From: Candidatus Omnitrophota bacterium
Lineage (GTDB): Bacteria > Omnitrophota > Gorgyraeia > Aquiviventales > Aquiviventaceae
Assembly: GCA_016193195.1 (NCBI GenBank)
Contig: JACPSQ010000086.1
Coordinates: 17,299-81,298, forward strand
DNA length: 64,000 nt
Reading direction: 5' to 3'
Shown here in pieces: positions 18,311-28,754 of the stretch (positions within the stretch are counted from its first letter, which is position 1; the number at the start of each line of letters is the position of its first letter). The notes beneath the pieces are model-generated. The model was not told where the DNA came from, did no database searches, and saw only the letters and a list, made by a program, of their open reading frames with translations. The translations under genes were made by a program, and so were the position numbers.

Positions 18311-20346
18311 GATCCGTGATCTATTTGGCCGATTTGACGCATACCGGCCCCGTCATCTCTTCGAACGTCCATCCGCTGGCGGCCGGCTTGGTGGGCGCGT
18401 ATGTGGTGGAGCGTTGTCCTAACAGGATCGAGGTCGAGCTGTTCAAGTATCCGCAGGATCTCTCGGCCGCGATGGCACGCCGACGCCCGCGGCTAGTTGG
18501 ATTTTCGAATTATTCCTGGACCTGCAACCTCTCGTACGAGTATGCGCGGCAGATCAAACACGCCTATCCTGAGATCGTGATTGTTTTCGGGGGACCGAAT
18601 TATGGCTTGAGAGAGCAAGAAATGCTGGCCTTTTGGCAGCGGTACCCCCTGATCGACTTCTATCTCGTGAAGGAAGGGGAGCTGCCGATGGTCGAACTGC
18701 TGCACGGCCTTGAGGACTGCGGGTATGACCCCGCGGCGTTGAAGCGCTCCGGCAGATCCCTCCCGAACTGCCACTATCAGTGGCAGGGGACACTGGTGAC
18801 CGGTGAGATCCTCCCCCGCCTCACTGAGCTCGAGCAACTCCCTTCGCCCTACCTCATGGGCCTGATGGACAAATTCTTTGACGGGGTCCTCTCCCCGATG
18901 ATTCACACCACGCGCGGCTGTCCGTTTACCTGCACCTTCTGCAGTGAGGGGGCGACGTATTACAACAAGGTCGCGCAACGTGTCGGCATCGCCGAGGAGC
19001 TCGACTACATTGCCCAGCGGGTGGGCAGCGTGCCTGACCTCTACCTGACGGACGCCAATTTCGGGATGTATCAGCAGGATCGTGAAAAAGCCAAGATCAT
19101 CAGCTCGATTCAGCAGCGATACGGTTGGCCGAAGCGGCTCGTCGTCTCAACAGGGAAGAACCAGAAGGAGCGCGTCATCGAGGTGGCCTCGATGCTCAAT
19201 GGGTCCCTGAACGTGGCCGCGTCCCTCCAATCCACCGACCCCACCGTCCTGCAGAATATTCAACGAGCCAACATCTCCTTGGACGCGCTCAACGTCATGG
19301 CGAAGCAGACCACCGAGACGGGCGCCGATACCTACACCGAACTCATCTTGGGTCTTCCGGGAGACTCCAAACAGGCCCACACCAAATCGTTGCGAGACGT
19401 GGTCGAAGCGGATTTGGGAATCGTGCGGATGTACCAACTGATTATGCTTCCGCAGACCGAGCTGAACACCCCTGAGACCCGCCAGCGGTATGCCATGAAG
19501 ACCAGGTTTCGGATCATGCCTCGATCCTTTGGACGCTACGACCTCCTGGGCAAGGCGATCCTTGCGGTGGAGTCCGAAGAAATCTGTGTGGAGAACAGCA
19601 CCCTGACGTTTGAGGACTACCTCGAGTGTCGGGAGCTGAACCTGACCGTCGAGATCCTCCATAACGGCAGAGTCTTCGTCGAGCTGCAGGGGTTGTGTAA
19701 GTGGCTGGGCTGCTCATGGTTTGATTTCCTCTTGCGCGTGCATCAGCAGCGACGATCCTCCCACGAGGCCCTGAGGCGGTTCTACGAGACCTTCCGTGAG
19801 GAAACCACCAAGCGGTTGTGGGCGACACGAGAGGAGCTGGAGGGGTACGTCAGTCAACACCTTGACGAGCTGCTGGGTCATGAGGAAAGCACCAATGAGA
19901 TGGCGACGTCGAAAGCGATCGCCTTTTTCCAATTGCAGGGGACGCTGCATGACGTTTTGTTTGAGGAGATGACCGCACTCCTCAACGAACGAGGGTGTCT
20001 TGATGAGGTGATGGGAGTGTACATCAGGGAATTGAGAGACTACAGTCAATGTCGAAAGGCCCGGCTGACCGAAGGGCGCGAATACCATGGGAGGTTCCAT
20101 TTTGACTTCCCTGGAATCGGGGAGCATCACTACGCGGTGGACCCTCGGGACTATTTCCTCGAGGGGAGGACTGTTGAGCTGCGGTTCTGTCACAGCGCCA
20201 GGCAGCGCGAGATGATCCAGGGATATCTCCGACAGTATGGCAACACCCTTGACGGGATGGGGAGAATCTTGATGCGTGTCTGGCCGACCACACGTCTCTT
20301 CCGAGAAGTCCTCTGCCAGGAAGAGCACGCGCTGGCAGCCGCGTGA
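18307..20346 (+). CDS. Cobalamin-binding radical SAM enzyme (class B; likely methyltransferase)
   Basis: An N-terminal B12-binding-like region (VGFSNYSW...IVIVFGGPN), then TTRGCPFTCTFCSEG, which is CxxxCxxC. Confidence 0.8.
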   Translation: MRSVIYLADLTHTGPVISSNVHPLAAGLVGAYVVERCPNRIEVELFKYPQDLSAAMARRRPRLVGFSNYSWTCNLSYEYARQIKHAYPEIVIVFGGPNYGLREQEMLAFWQRYPLIDFYLVKEGELPMVELLHGLEDCGYDPAALKRSGRSLPNCHYQWQGTLVTGEILPRLTELEQLPSPYLMGLMDKFFDGVLSPMIHTTRGCPFTCTFCSEGATYYNKVAQRVGIAEELDYIAQRVGSVPDLYLTDANFGMYQQDREKAKIISSIQQRYGWPKRLVVSTGKNQKERVIEVASMLNGSLNVAASLQSTDPTVLQNIQRANISLDALNVMAKQTTETGADTYTELILGLPGDSKQAHTKSLRDVVEADLGIVRMYQLIMLPQTELNTPETRQRYAMKTRFRIMPRSFGRYDLLGKAILAVESEEICVENSTLTFEDYLECRELNLTVEILHNGRVFVELQGLCKWLGCSWFDFLLRVHQQRRSSHEALRRFYETFREETTKRLWATREELEGYVSQHLDELLGHEESTNEMATSKAIAFFQLQGTLHDVLFEEMTALLNERGCLDEVMGVYIRELRDYSQCRKARLTEGREYHGRFHFDFPGIGEHHYAVDPRDYFLEGRTVELRFCHSARQREMIQGYLRQYGNTLDGMGRILMRVWPTTRLFREVLCQEEHALAAA

Positions 20347-21152
20347 GGCCGTGCGGGACGATGGAAGGACGCGTGGCCCTCGTCACCGGGAGCAGCAAAG
20401 GAATCGGCAGGGCCATTGCCCGATCGCTCGCCCGGGGAGGAGCGAAGGTCGTCGTGACGGCGCGGGGCCCTGAGGCACTGGAGCAGGCGGCTCAGGAAGC
20501 CAACGGCTACGGCGGGAACGTGCTGCCGATTGCCGCGGACGCGACAGACCCGAACGCGGTCCGAGCCGTCGTCGAGTCGGCGGTGCGGCACTTCGGTGGG
20601 CTGGACATCTTGGTCAATAACGTGGGAGGCGCCAACCGCATTGCCGAGTTCGCGGAGTTGACGAAGGAGGACTGGATCCACACCTTTGAGCTCAACGTCA
20701 TGACGGTGGTGTACTTTGTCCAAGCGGCCCTTCCCTGGCTCCGAAAATCAGCAGGCGGTCGCATCATCAACATGGCCTCCATTACGGGCGTCGAACCCAG
20801 CCAGCTCGCTCCACACTATGCGGCGAGCAAAGCCGCCATCATTAATCTGAGTAAACATCTCGCGAACCTGTGCGCTCCCAATGGCATCCTCGTCAATGTG
20901 GTCTGTCCCGGTCAGGTGAGCTCCGAGGCCAGGCAGGGGTTGGCCGACTATGTGGCACGGACGCACAACATCCCCCTGGCGGACGCGCGCGTCCGCATCG
21001 ACGCGGAGGGAGCGTCAAGGATTCCTCTTGGCCGACTCGGTGTATGCGAAGACGTGGCTGAACTCGTGTCGTTTCTTGCTTCAGAGAAGGCCGGCTGGAT
21101 CACCGGAGAGTGCTTTCATGTGGACGGAGGAAAACACCGCTCAGCATTCTGA
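20343..21152 (+). CDS. Short-chain dehydrogenase/reductase
   Basis: VALVTGSSKGIGRAIA, NNVG, and YAASKAAII (YxxxK). Confidence 0.8.
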   Translation: MRPCGTMEGRVALVTGSSKGIGRAIARSLARGGAKVVVTARGPEALEQAAQEANGYGGNVLPIAADATDPNAVRAVVESAVRHFGGLDILVNNVGGANRIAEFAELTKEDWIHTFELNVMTVVYFVQAALPWLRKSAGGRIINMASITGVEPSQLAPHYAASKAAIINLSKHLANLCAPNGILVNVVCPGQVSSEARQGLADYVARTHNIPLADARVRIDAEGASRIPLGRLGVCEDVAELVSFLASEKAGWITGECFHVDGGKHRSAF

Positions 21153-22389
21153 GCGGGAGGATCACGTGGAACAGGTGAGCATCGAATCTATCACCCAGCG
21201 GGCGCAGCGCTGCGGCGTCTGCGGGGAGAGACCTGAGGCGGTCCTCGATCTGCCAGGCCTTCCTCTCACAGGTCTCTACGCAAAGGCGTTCAACAACGAG
21301 TCTGTGGCAGGGATCGATCAGCACTTGGCCGTCTGCCCCTCCTGCGGTCACGGGCAACTGGTCTATCAGGTGCGTCCCTCGCTGCTCTACGGCGAGAGCT
21401 ACAGCTTTCGAACCTCGGTGAGCGACACCGCGAAGCAAGGCACCGGCTTTTTTCTCTCGAAACTACGCGAGCTCAGCGCTGACAGGAGCTTTCATCGTGT
21501 CCTGGACGTAGGGTGTAACGATCTCCATCTCCTCCGGCAGCTTGATGGATGGGTGGAGTCACGGGTGGGGATCGATCCGGTATGGAATGCCGATGAGAAG
21601 CGCCAGGCCCAGCCGGATGAACGAGACGCTCGCATCAACGTCATCGGGGCAACAGTGGAGGAGGTCGACCTGCCTCAGGCCTTGGAGGCCCCACCCGATC
21701 TGGTGCTGTGTCGGCACACGCTGGAGCATATCGGGGACCCGCGCGCTGCGCTCTCAAAGTTGTTCGAGGCCTCCACGGAGGATGCCCTTTTTCTCTTCGA
21801 GGTACCTGGCTTCGAGGCCCTCGTCCGCCGGTTGCGATTCGATCACGTGTTCCATCAGCACGTGCAGTATTTTTCACTAAGCTCGTTCCAGAGGCTGCTG
21901 GGGGAGGTCGGCTTCCACTACCGGGCCCATTGGGTGAACTATCACGAGTGGGGAGCCCTGGTGATGGCATTTGTGAAACAGCGTGGAGGGGGACTGCGCC
22001 AGGCCGACGAGGCACCACCCGCGGTGACTCCGGCGTCAGTCCAGGCGGCCTACGAACTCTTCAGACGGCAGATGGCTTCGACGAATGAGGTACTCAGCAC
22101 GTTTGAAGGCACCCGTGTCTACGGCTACGGCGCGGCGGCCATGTTGCCAATCTTAGCCTACCACCTTGGCAACGACCTCTCGCTGCTGACCGCGGTCCTG
22201 GACGATGATCCGACAAAGGATGGGCTGCACTATGGGAACCTGCCGTTGACGATCCGGTCGCCGTCTGGGGTAGCGGATCTCGAGGGCGCCTCGATCTTCC
22301 TGACGGCGCTAGACAACGTGAAGCCCATCCTCACCAAGTTGTTGGCGAGGCGTCCCAAGCACATCATCTATCCACTCCATCTGATCTGA
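21118..22389 (+). CDS. Sugar C-methyltransferase, TylCIII/NovU-like (Zn-ribbon + SAM MTase + C-terminal domain)
   Basis: An N-terminal Cys4 cluster (CGVCG...CPSCGHG), then VLDVGCNDL (SAM motif I) and a long C-terminal domain. This architecture matches NDP-hexose 3-C-methyltransferases. Alternative GTG start at 21166. Confidence 0.65.
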   Translation: MWTEENTAQHSEREDHVEQVSIESITQRAQRCGVCGERPEAVLDLPGLPLTGLYAKAFNNESVAGIDQHLAVCPSCGHGQLVYQVRPSLLYGESYSFRTSVSDTAKQGTGFFLSKLRELSADRSFHRVLDVGCNDLHLLRQLDGWVESRVGIDPVWNADEKRQAQPDERDARINVIGATVEEVDLPQALEAPPDLVLCRHTLEHIGDPRAALSKLFEASTEDALFLFEVPGFEALVRRLRFDHVFHQHVQYFSLSSFQRLLGEVGFHYRAHWVNYHEWGALVMAFVKQRGGGLRQADEAPPAVTPASVQAAYELFRRQMASTNEVLSTFEGTRVYGYGAAAMLPILAYHLGNDLSLLTAVLDDDPTKDGLHYGNLPLTIRSPSGVADLEGASIFLTALDNVKPILTKLLARRPKHIIYPLHLI

Positions 22390-22390
22390 T

Positions 22391-23173
22391 ATGGACCTTG
22401 GCATTCGTGGACGACGGGCATTAGTGACAGGCGCGGGACGCGGCATCGGCCGCTCAATCGCCCTGTGCCTCGCCCGGGAAGGGGTGCGGGTGGTGGTCGT
22501 CTCGCGCCGTGCGAGGGATCTGAACACGCTCGTCGAGGACATGGGGGGAGCCCAGGCAGGGCATCTGAGCGTGCCGTTGGATTTGATGTCGACCGGAGCG
22601 CCCACGAGGTTGATGAAACGGTTGAAGGCGTTGGACGTTAGTCCCATTGACATCGTGATTCATAATCTTGGCGGTACCTTAGAGATCAGCGATCCGTTCT
22701 GCCCCGTCTCGGACTGGCGGAAGGTGTGGCGTTTCAACCTTGAGGTGGCCATCGACTTGAATGTGCGATTGCTCCCCTCGATGCGGCGGCGGCGGTGGGG
22801 ACGGGTGGTGCATATCTCGTCGATTGCCTCCATGGAGAATCACGGGCCGGTGACGTACTGCGCCGTCAAGGCGGCCCTCACCGCCTACGCGAGAAGTTTA
22901 GGTCGTGTGCTGGCCTCTGAAGGGGTGGTCGTGACCGCGGTGCTCCCTGGAGCGATTTTCACCAAAGGCGGCTACTGGGATCTGGCGGCTCAAACGCGTC
23001 CTGATCACGTGAAGCAATACCTGCAAGAGCGCATGGCGAGTCACCGCTTTGGGCAGCCGGACGAAATCGGCAGCGCGGTGGCCTTTCTGTGCTCAGAGCA
23101 GGCGTCCTTCTTCATCGGCTCGATCGTCCCCATCGATGGCGGGCAGGGACGGGGGTATTTCGGGCAGTCATGA
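22391..23173 (+). CDS. Short-chain dehydrogenase/reductase
   Basis: ALVTGAGRGIGRSIA and YCAVKAALTAY. Confidence 0.75.
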   Translation: MDLGIRGRRALVTGAGRGIGRSIALCLAREGVRVVVVSRRARDLNTLVEDMGGAQAGHLSVPLDLMSTGAPTRLMKRLKALDVSPIDIVIHNLGGTLEISDPFCPVSDWRKVWRFNLEVAIDLNVRLLPSMRRRRWGRVVHISSIASMENHGPVTYCAVKAALTAYARSLGRVLASEGVVVTAVLPGAIFTKGGYWDLAAQTRPDHVKQYLQERMASHRFGQPDEIGSAVAFLCSEQASFFIGSIVPIDGGQGRGYFGQS

Positions 23174-23955
23174 TGACGATGATGAATAACGACTTGCGCC
23201 GGAAAATCATCGACGTGGTCTACCGAGGAAAGGATGGGCACATCCCGAGCGCCTTCTCCATCGTGGATATCGTGGCGCTGTTGTATCGCGAATACCTGAA
23301 GGTGGATCCTCGCCATCCTCAGGATCCGAATCGAGATTACTTCATCTTGAGCAAAGGCCACGGGTGCGTTGCGCTCTATGTTGTGCTGGCGGAGCGCGGC
23401 TTCCTCAGCCAGCGCGATCTCGACGCCTTCTGCACGTCAGGCGGTATCCTCGGAGAGCATCCCGACTGCACGAAGGTGCCGGGGGTTGAAGCCTCAACCG
23501 GTTCGCTCGGCCACGGTTTCCCATTTACCGTGGGTCTGGCATTGGGTCTTCGAATCCTCGGCATGACCAACCGGATCTTCGTCCTCGTCGGTGATGGGGA
23601 GTGCCACGAAGGGACGGTGTGGGAAGCGGCCAATGTGGCGAATAATCTTCAGCTTGGCAACCTGTGTGTGATCGTGGATTGGAATGGATCCGCCGCCCAG
23701 CTCATGCCGCGGGACGATCTGCCGGCCAAATGGAGGGCCTTTGGGTGGAAGACCCAGGTCGTTGACGGGCACTCCGCGCCGGAGTTAGGGGCAGCCTTCG
23801 ACCGTATCGTGTTCCAGCCCGCGGGCACGCCGACGGTGGTCATCGCCAGGACGGTGAAGGGCAAGGGGGTCCCCATGCTCGAAGGTCACGGCGTGTGGCA
23901 CCACCGCATTCCGACCGCGGAAGAACACCAACAGATGCGAGAGGTATTGGCCTGA
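23170..23955 (+). CDS. Transketolase, N-terminal (ThDP/PP-binding) subunit
   Basis: GHIPSAFSIVDIVALLY...ILSKGHG...GSLGHGFPFTVGLAL...VLVGDGECHEG are the transketolase ThDP-binding motifs. ATGA-coupled to the upstream gene. Confidence 0.8.
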   Translation: MMTMMNNDLRRKIIDVVYRGKDGHIPSAFSIVDIVALLYREYLKVDPRHPQDPNRDYFILSKGHGCVALYVVLAERGFLSQRDLDAFCTSGGILGEHPDCTKVPGVEASTGSLGHGFPFTVGLALGLRILGMTNRIFVLVGDGECHEGTVWEAANVANNLQLGNLCVIVDWNGSAAQLMPRDDLPAKWRAFGWKTQVVDGHSAPELGAAFDRIVFQPAGTPTVVIARTVKGKGVPMLEGHGVWHHRIPTAEEHQQMREVLA

Positions 23956-24917
23956 TGGGCGGCCCCAACGTGATGCGACAACAATTTGCCAACACCCTGC
24001 TGCAGGTGGGCCAGGAAGATCCCCGACTCGTCGTCCTCGTGGGTGACATCAGCCACTTCATCCTGCAGCCGTTCGCCCAGGCGTGCCCCGGGCGGTACTA
24101 CAACGTGGGCATCTGCGAACCGACCATCCTGAGTATGGCGGCGGGACTGGCAAAGACGGGGTTGTCTCCTGTCGTCCACACGATTGCGCCCTTCATTGTG
24201 GAGCGTTCATTTGAACAAATCAAACTCGACTTCTGCTATCAACAGCTCGGCGGCACGCTGATCACCATTGGGAGCGCCTTTGACTACTCCAATCTCGGGT
24301 GCACCCACCATTGCTACGATGATTTCGCCTTGCTGAAGAGCCTCCCGAACACGCAGATTGTGTACCCCGCCAGCCCCGAGGAGTTTGATGCGCTCTTTCG
24401 CCAGACGTACCGGAGCGGCAAGGTCACCCTGGTTCGCATGCCGTCGCACACGCATGGGCAGATGTTTCGCCATGACGACATCCGCTTCGGCACTGGTGTG
24501 AGACTGACAGACGGCAGCGATCTCACACTGATCGCGATCGGACCCCAACTGCGCCATGCCCTTGCGGCTCGTGATGCCCTGGGCGAGAGGGGGTGGCAGA
24601 CGGACATCCTCTATCTCCACACGATTCACCCGATTGACACGGAACTCATTCGGACCAGTGTCCGCAAGACGCGGCATGTCCTTGTCATCGAGGAGCATAC
24701 CTGGACCGGCGGCGTGGGATCAGAGGTGCTTCGGGCGACACGGGGCATCCCACGTGTGCAGCATGCCTTTCTTCATCTCCCGGAGGCGTTCATTCGGGAC
24801 TATGGATCCTACGAAGAGCACTGTGAACGATTGGGTTTCAGCCGCCACGGCATCATCAAGACCGTCGAGAGGGAATTCAGGGCGAGTCCCGCCCTTGTCG
24901 CAGGGAGCCGAACATGA
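23955..24917 (+). CDS. Transketolase, C-terminal (pyrimidine-binding + C-terminal) subunit
   Basis: A Transket_pyr-like domain plus a C-terminal domain. The start overlaps the stop of the N-terminal subunit (ATGA at 23954-23957). Confidence 0.8.
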   Translation: MGGPNVMRQQFANTLLQVGQEDPRLVVLVGDISHFILQPFAQACPGRYYNVGICEPTILSMAAGLAKTGLSPVVHTIAPFIVERSFEQIKLDFCYQQLGGTLITIGSAFDYSNLGCTHHCYDDFALLKSLPNTQIVYPASPEEFDALFRQTYRSGKVTLVRMPSHTHGQMFRHDDIRFGTGVRLTDGSDLTLIAIGPQLRHALAARDALGERGWQTDILYLHTIHPIDTELIRTSVRKTRHVLVIEEHTWTGGVGSEVLRATRGIPRVQHAFLHLPEAFIRDYGSYEEHCERLGFSRHGIIKTVEREFRASPALVAGSRT

Positions 24918-25615
24918 GTCCGCGAGTGGCGAAAGAGGCGCAGAACCAAGTGCAATTGGACACCTACGAGGGGCAGGGACCGGTCCGGCTCGGACCGTGG
25001 ACCAGCCATATCTGGCGCACCGATCCACGGCACCTCGGATTTCTCTTGGCCAGGTACAAGTTCACGGCCAAGATGCTGACCGGCAAGCGCGCCGTGCTGG
25101 AGATTGGCTGCGGGGATGGATTCGGGATGCCGGTCGTGCTCCAGACCGTTGAGACGATCCACGGCATTGATTTGGAGCCGGCCGTCGTGGAAGATGCGCA
25201 GGCGCGCTTTGCAGAAGAAGGCGAAACGCGATGCACCTTCGCGGTCCACGACATGACCGCCGAGCCGCTCGTGTCCCGATTTGATGCCGCGTATTCGTTG
25301 GATGTCATCGAGCATATCCCGCCGGCCTTGGAGGACCGCTTCCTAGCCAACGTCAGCCGCTCCCTCCGCGAGCACGGGATGTGCATCATGGGAACACCGA
25401 ACGTCGCAGCCAAGGAACATGCCAGCGAGGGGAGTCGAGCCGGTCATATCAACCTCCAGAGCGCCGAGACATTGAGGGACCTGCTGTTTCGCTACTTTCA
25501 CCATGCGTTGATCTTTTCGATGAACGACGAGATCGTGCACACCGGCTTCTCCCCCATGGCGCACTACCTCATCGGGATCGGTATCGAGGTCAACGAGGAG
25601 GCCCTTCGAGGATGA
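24914..25615 (+). CDS. Class I SAM-dependent methyltransferase
   Basis: VLEIGCGDGFG is motif I, and the length fits a small-molecule MTase. Confidence 0.7.
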   Translation: MSPRVAKEAQNQVQLDTYEGQGPVRLGPWTSHIWRTDPRHLGFLLARYKFTAKMLTGKRAVLEIGCGDGFGMPVVLQTVETIHGIDLEPAVVEDAQARFAEEGETRCTFAVHDMTAEPLVSRFDAAYSLDVIEHIPPALEDRFLANVSRSLREHGMCIMGTPNVAAKEHASEGSRAGHINLQSAETLRDLLFRYFHHALIFSMNDEIVHTGFSPMAHYLIGIGIEVNEEALRG

Positions 25616-27207
25616 TTGCCAAGGTGCTGATCGTCGTGCCGCCGCTGGTGAACAAGGACGAGGAGGGTGATGCCGCTCCGGATCGGCCGGATTTCGAGGC
25701 GTACCGGCTGGTGTCTCCGGTGGAGCCGACGAGTGTCGCCGCGGATTTGCTCCATCGGGGGTTTACGGTGAAGCTCTTCGACCTCGGCGCGTACACGACC
25801 GGCCGGTTCGAGCGGTATGAGGCGTACCTGCGAGACGTCCAGCCCGATGCGGTCGTCCTGGTGCAGTCGATCCTCACCTTCGCCACCGCGCAGGACTGGG
25901 ACGGCAAGCGGGTTTTCGAGCTGGCCCGCCACGCGGTGCCCCATGTCCTGACGGTGCTCACAGGCGGCCAGGCGACCAACTATCCCGGCCGCGCCGTGGA
26001 AGCCCGTATCTGCGACTATTCCATCAAGGGGGAAGTGGATTTCGCGGTCGCGGAACTGTTGACGACGCTGAACCAGGGGGGCGATCCCTCCGGTGTCCGC
26101 GGCGTGGCGTTCCGCACGACCTCCGGCGAGGTCTTCGTATCCGAGGGCTATCCGGTCGTCGATGTCTTACAGCTGCGGCTTCCCGCCTACCACGTGCTTG
26201 ATGCCGATCAGCACCTCCAGTATACCCAGACGTTGGAACGCGCCAAGATCCGCTTTCCGGAGAAAAGCCGGCGGTATCGGGACATCATGACCTCGCGCGG
26301 CTGTGTCTTGCGTTGCTCATTCTGCTGCGTCGCCCATCTGCGAGGCGAACGACAGAAATACCGCCGCAAACCGCTCGACCTCGTCATGGCGGAGATCGAG
26401 CAGGCGCTCGAGGGCGGGATCGAGGAGATTCATTTTTTTGACGACCTCTTCGTACAGAACGAGGCGCAGATCCTGGAGTTCACCGATGAGCTGCGCCGCC
26501 GCCGCCTCACCTTCCATTGGTTCGTCGCCCAGGGCCAGCCGTTGTGGCCGCTGACTCGCGATGCGCTGGCGGCGATGAAGGAAACCGGGATGTACCGGAT
26601 CATCTGCCCGCTGGAATCCGGCAGCAATCGGGTGCTGAAGGAAGTGGTGGGTAAGGTCTACTCGAGAGCGGAGCACCACCATAACGTGGTGCGATGGGCC
26701 CACGAGCTGGGCCTCGAGATCATCGGGATGTTCGTCGTCGGGATGCCGGGGGAGAAGCGACACGAGATCTTGGAGACCGTGCGCTTCGCCGAGGCGCACC
26801 CGGAGATCGACTACTCCGTGTTTTCGATCGCCACCCCCATGGTCGGGACGCGCCTCATGCGGCAGGTGATGCGGGAGGGCCGGCTCGATGATCAAGACAA
26901 GATCAACCGGGTCATCAAACGCACGGTGGCGTTGTATGAGACGGAGGAGTTTAAGGCGTATGAGATGGGCGTCATCCGGGCGTTCGACTGGGACCGGATC
27001 AACTTCCCCACCCTGGAGCGCCAGATGAAGTACACCCGCATGGTGGGGATCACGCTCGAGCAACTGGACATCGTGCGGGAATACTCCAAGAAGACGTTCT
27101 ACCGCTTCTTCCCGGATTACGACGGGCCGCTCTCCTTTAAGGAGCTGTACGAGCAGCCAGACCTGTTTAAGGAACTGGAGCCGCTCATCCCATCAACCTT
27201 GTACTGA
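25612..27207 (+). CDS. Cobalamin-binding radical SAM enzyme (class B) #2
   Basis: The N-terminal IAKVLIVVPPL... region is B12-binding-like. SRGCVLRCSFCCV is CxxxCxxC. The ATG at 25612 lies inside the longer ORF 25381-27207. Confidence 0.8.
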   Translation: MIAKVLIVVPPLVNKDEEGDAAPDRPDFEAYRLVSPVEPTSVAADLLHRGFTVKLFDLGAYTTGRFERYEAYLRDVQPDAVVLVQSILTFATAQDWDGKRVFELARHAVPHVLTVLTGGQATNYPGRAVEARICDYSIKGEVDFAVAELLTTLNQGGDPSGVRGVAFRTTSGEVFVSEGYPVVDVLQLRLPAYHVLDADQHLQYTQTLERAKIRFPEKSRRYRDIMTSRGCVLRCSFCCVAHLRGERQKYRRKPLDLVMAEIEQALEGGIEEIHFFDDLFVQNEAQILEFTDELRRRRLTFHWFVAQGQPLWPLTRDALAAMKETGMYRIICPLESGSNRVLKEVVGKVYSRAEHHHNVVRWAHELGLEIIGMFVVGMPGEKRHEILETVRFAEAHPEIDYSVFSIATPMVGTRLMRQVMREGRLDDQDKINRVIKRTVALYETEEFKAYEMGVIRAFDWDRINFPTLERQMKYTRMVGITLEQLDIVREYSKKTFYRFFPDYDGPLSFKELYEQPDLFKELEPLIPSTLY

Positions 27208-28143
27208 ATGCTGCTCATCGTGGGCTCTGGGGGGTTGTTGGGATCGCATGTGGCGGCCTATTTCCTGCAGGCAGGGATGCCGGTGGTCTGCGCCTCGCAC
27301 AAGCCTGGCGCGGACCTCAAACTGGATCTTGCGCAGCCGCTCGGCGACTTCGCCAAGCAGCTGCCGAAGGGGATTACGCACGTGTTTGTATGCAGCAGTA
27401 TCACAAGCCTCGATGCCTGTGCGCGCGACCCGGAGACGACCAGGCGATTCAACGTGACGCACACCATCGCGTTGCTGGAGCAGCTGCTGGCGAAGGGCAT
27501 CCGGCCGATCTTCTGCTCGTCTGACCTCGTCTTCAAGGGGGACCGCGGGAACTATCGCGAAGATGATCCCCGGGAGCCGACAACCGAGTACGGCCGCCAG
27601 AAGCATACGGTGGAGGAATTCCTCCTCGGCCAAGCCCAGAGGTCTCTCATCATCCGGATGAGCAAGCTCTACAGCCTGGCTCCCGACGATCCCTCGCCGA
27701 TCGGGCAGATGCTCACCGCCCTGAAGCGTGGGCAGTGCGTGCGCGGTGCAGACGATCAGACAATCTGTCCCACGTGCGTGGAGGATATCCCGAAGGCGCT
27801 GCATGCCTTGCTGAACCTCCGTGCCACCGGGGTCTACCATGTCGCTTCGTCGCAGCGGGACACGCGCTACACCCTGGCACGGCGCCTGGCGGCTGCCATT
27901 GGACGGGAGAGACTCGTGCAGCGGTGCTCCATCCGAGACTTCACCTTCGTGGAGCCACGGCCAACCGACAATTCGTTGGACGTCAGCAGGTTCCTGTCCG
28001 CGACACCATGTCGATTCACCACGCTCGATGAGCGTCTCCCTGAGATCTTGCGCAGGCGGGGTACCATTGACACGTCAGGAGGACTCGATGGGCAAGGAAA
28101 TCAATCTGCTCGACCGGTACCCGCGCTTCAAACGGCCCCTTGA
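27208..28143 (+). CDS. dTDP-4-dehydrorhamnose reductase-like (RmlD-type) NAD(P)-dependent reductase
   Basis: LLIVGSGGLLGSH, a short (311 aa) extended SDR lacking the 4,6-dehydratase insertions. Confidence 0.6.
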   Translation: MLLIVGSGGLLGSHVAAYFLQAGMPVVCASHKPGADLKLDLAQPLGDFAKQLPKGITHVFVCSSITSLDACARDPETTRRFNVTHTIALLEQLLAKGIRPIFCSSDLVFKGDRGNYREDDPREPTTEYGRQKHTVEEFLLGQAQRSLIIRMSKLYSLAPDDPSPIGQMLTALKRGQCVRGADDQTICPTCVEDIPKALHALLNLRATGVYHVASSQRDTRYTLARRLAAAIGRERLVQRCSIRDFTFVEPRPTDNSLDVSRFLSATPCRFTTLDERLPEILRRRGTIDTSGGLDGQGNQSARPVPALQTAP

Positions 28144-28750
28144 AGCGCGCGCCAGACTGGTGACCGCGGAGCATCGCGCCATTGCGGGGCGGTTTGGAAA
28201 GGAGTATTTCGACGGCGATCGCCTGAACGGCTATGGAGGGTATACGTATCATCCGCGCTTCTGGACGGAGACCGTGAAGCGCTTCCGCGACTACTACAAC
28301 CTCGCAGAGGACGCGGCGGTACTCGATGTCGGGTGCGCCAAGGGGTTTATGATGTACGACTTCAAACAGCTCATGCCGAAGATGGTGATTGCGGGGATTG
28401 ATATTTCGCAGTACGCCTACGATCACGCTATCGAGGATATGAAACCCTATATCCGTGTGGGGGATGCGACGAAGCTACCCTATCCAGATCGCTCATTTGA
28501 CCTCGTGATTTCGATTAATACCATCCATAATCTTCCACTTGAGGAATGCCGACAGGCCCTGCGAGAGATTCAACGGGTCTCCAGAGCCCATGCCTTCATT
28601 ACCGTGGACGCCTGGAGAACGACAGAGGAACGAGAGCGCCTCACCCAGTGGATCTTGACGGCGAAGACCTATATGGCGGTCGAGGATTGGCAACGGCTCT
28701 TTGCTGGAGTCGGCTATACCGGTGATTACTACTGGTTTATCGCCGAGTGA
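28088..28750 (+). CDS. SAM-dependent methyltransferase
   Basis: VLDVGCAKGF is motif I. The ATG at 28088 lies inside ORF 27821-28750. Confidence 0.6.
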   Translation: MGKEINLLDRYPRFKRPLEARARLVTAEHRAIAGRFGKEYFDGDRLNGYGGYTYHPRFWTETVKRFRDYYNLAEDAAVLDVGCAKGFMMYDFKQLMPKMVIAGIDISQYAYDHAIEDMKPYIRVGDATKLPYPDRSFDLVISINTIHNLPLEECRQALREIQRVSRAHAFITVDAWRTTEERERLTQWILTAKTYMAVEDWQRLFAGVGYTGDYYWFIAE

Positions 28751-28754
28751 CGCG

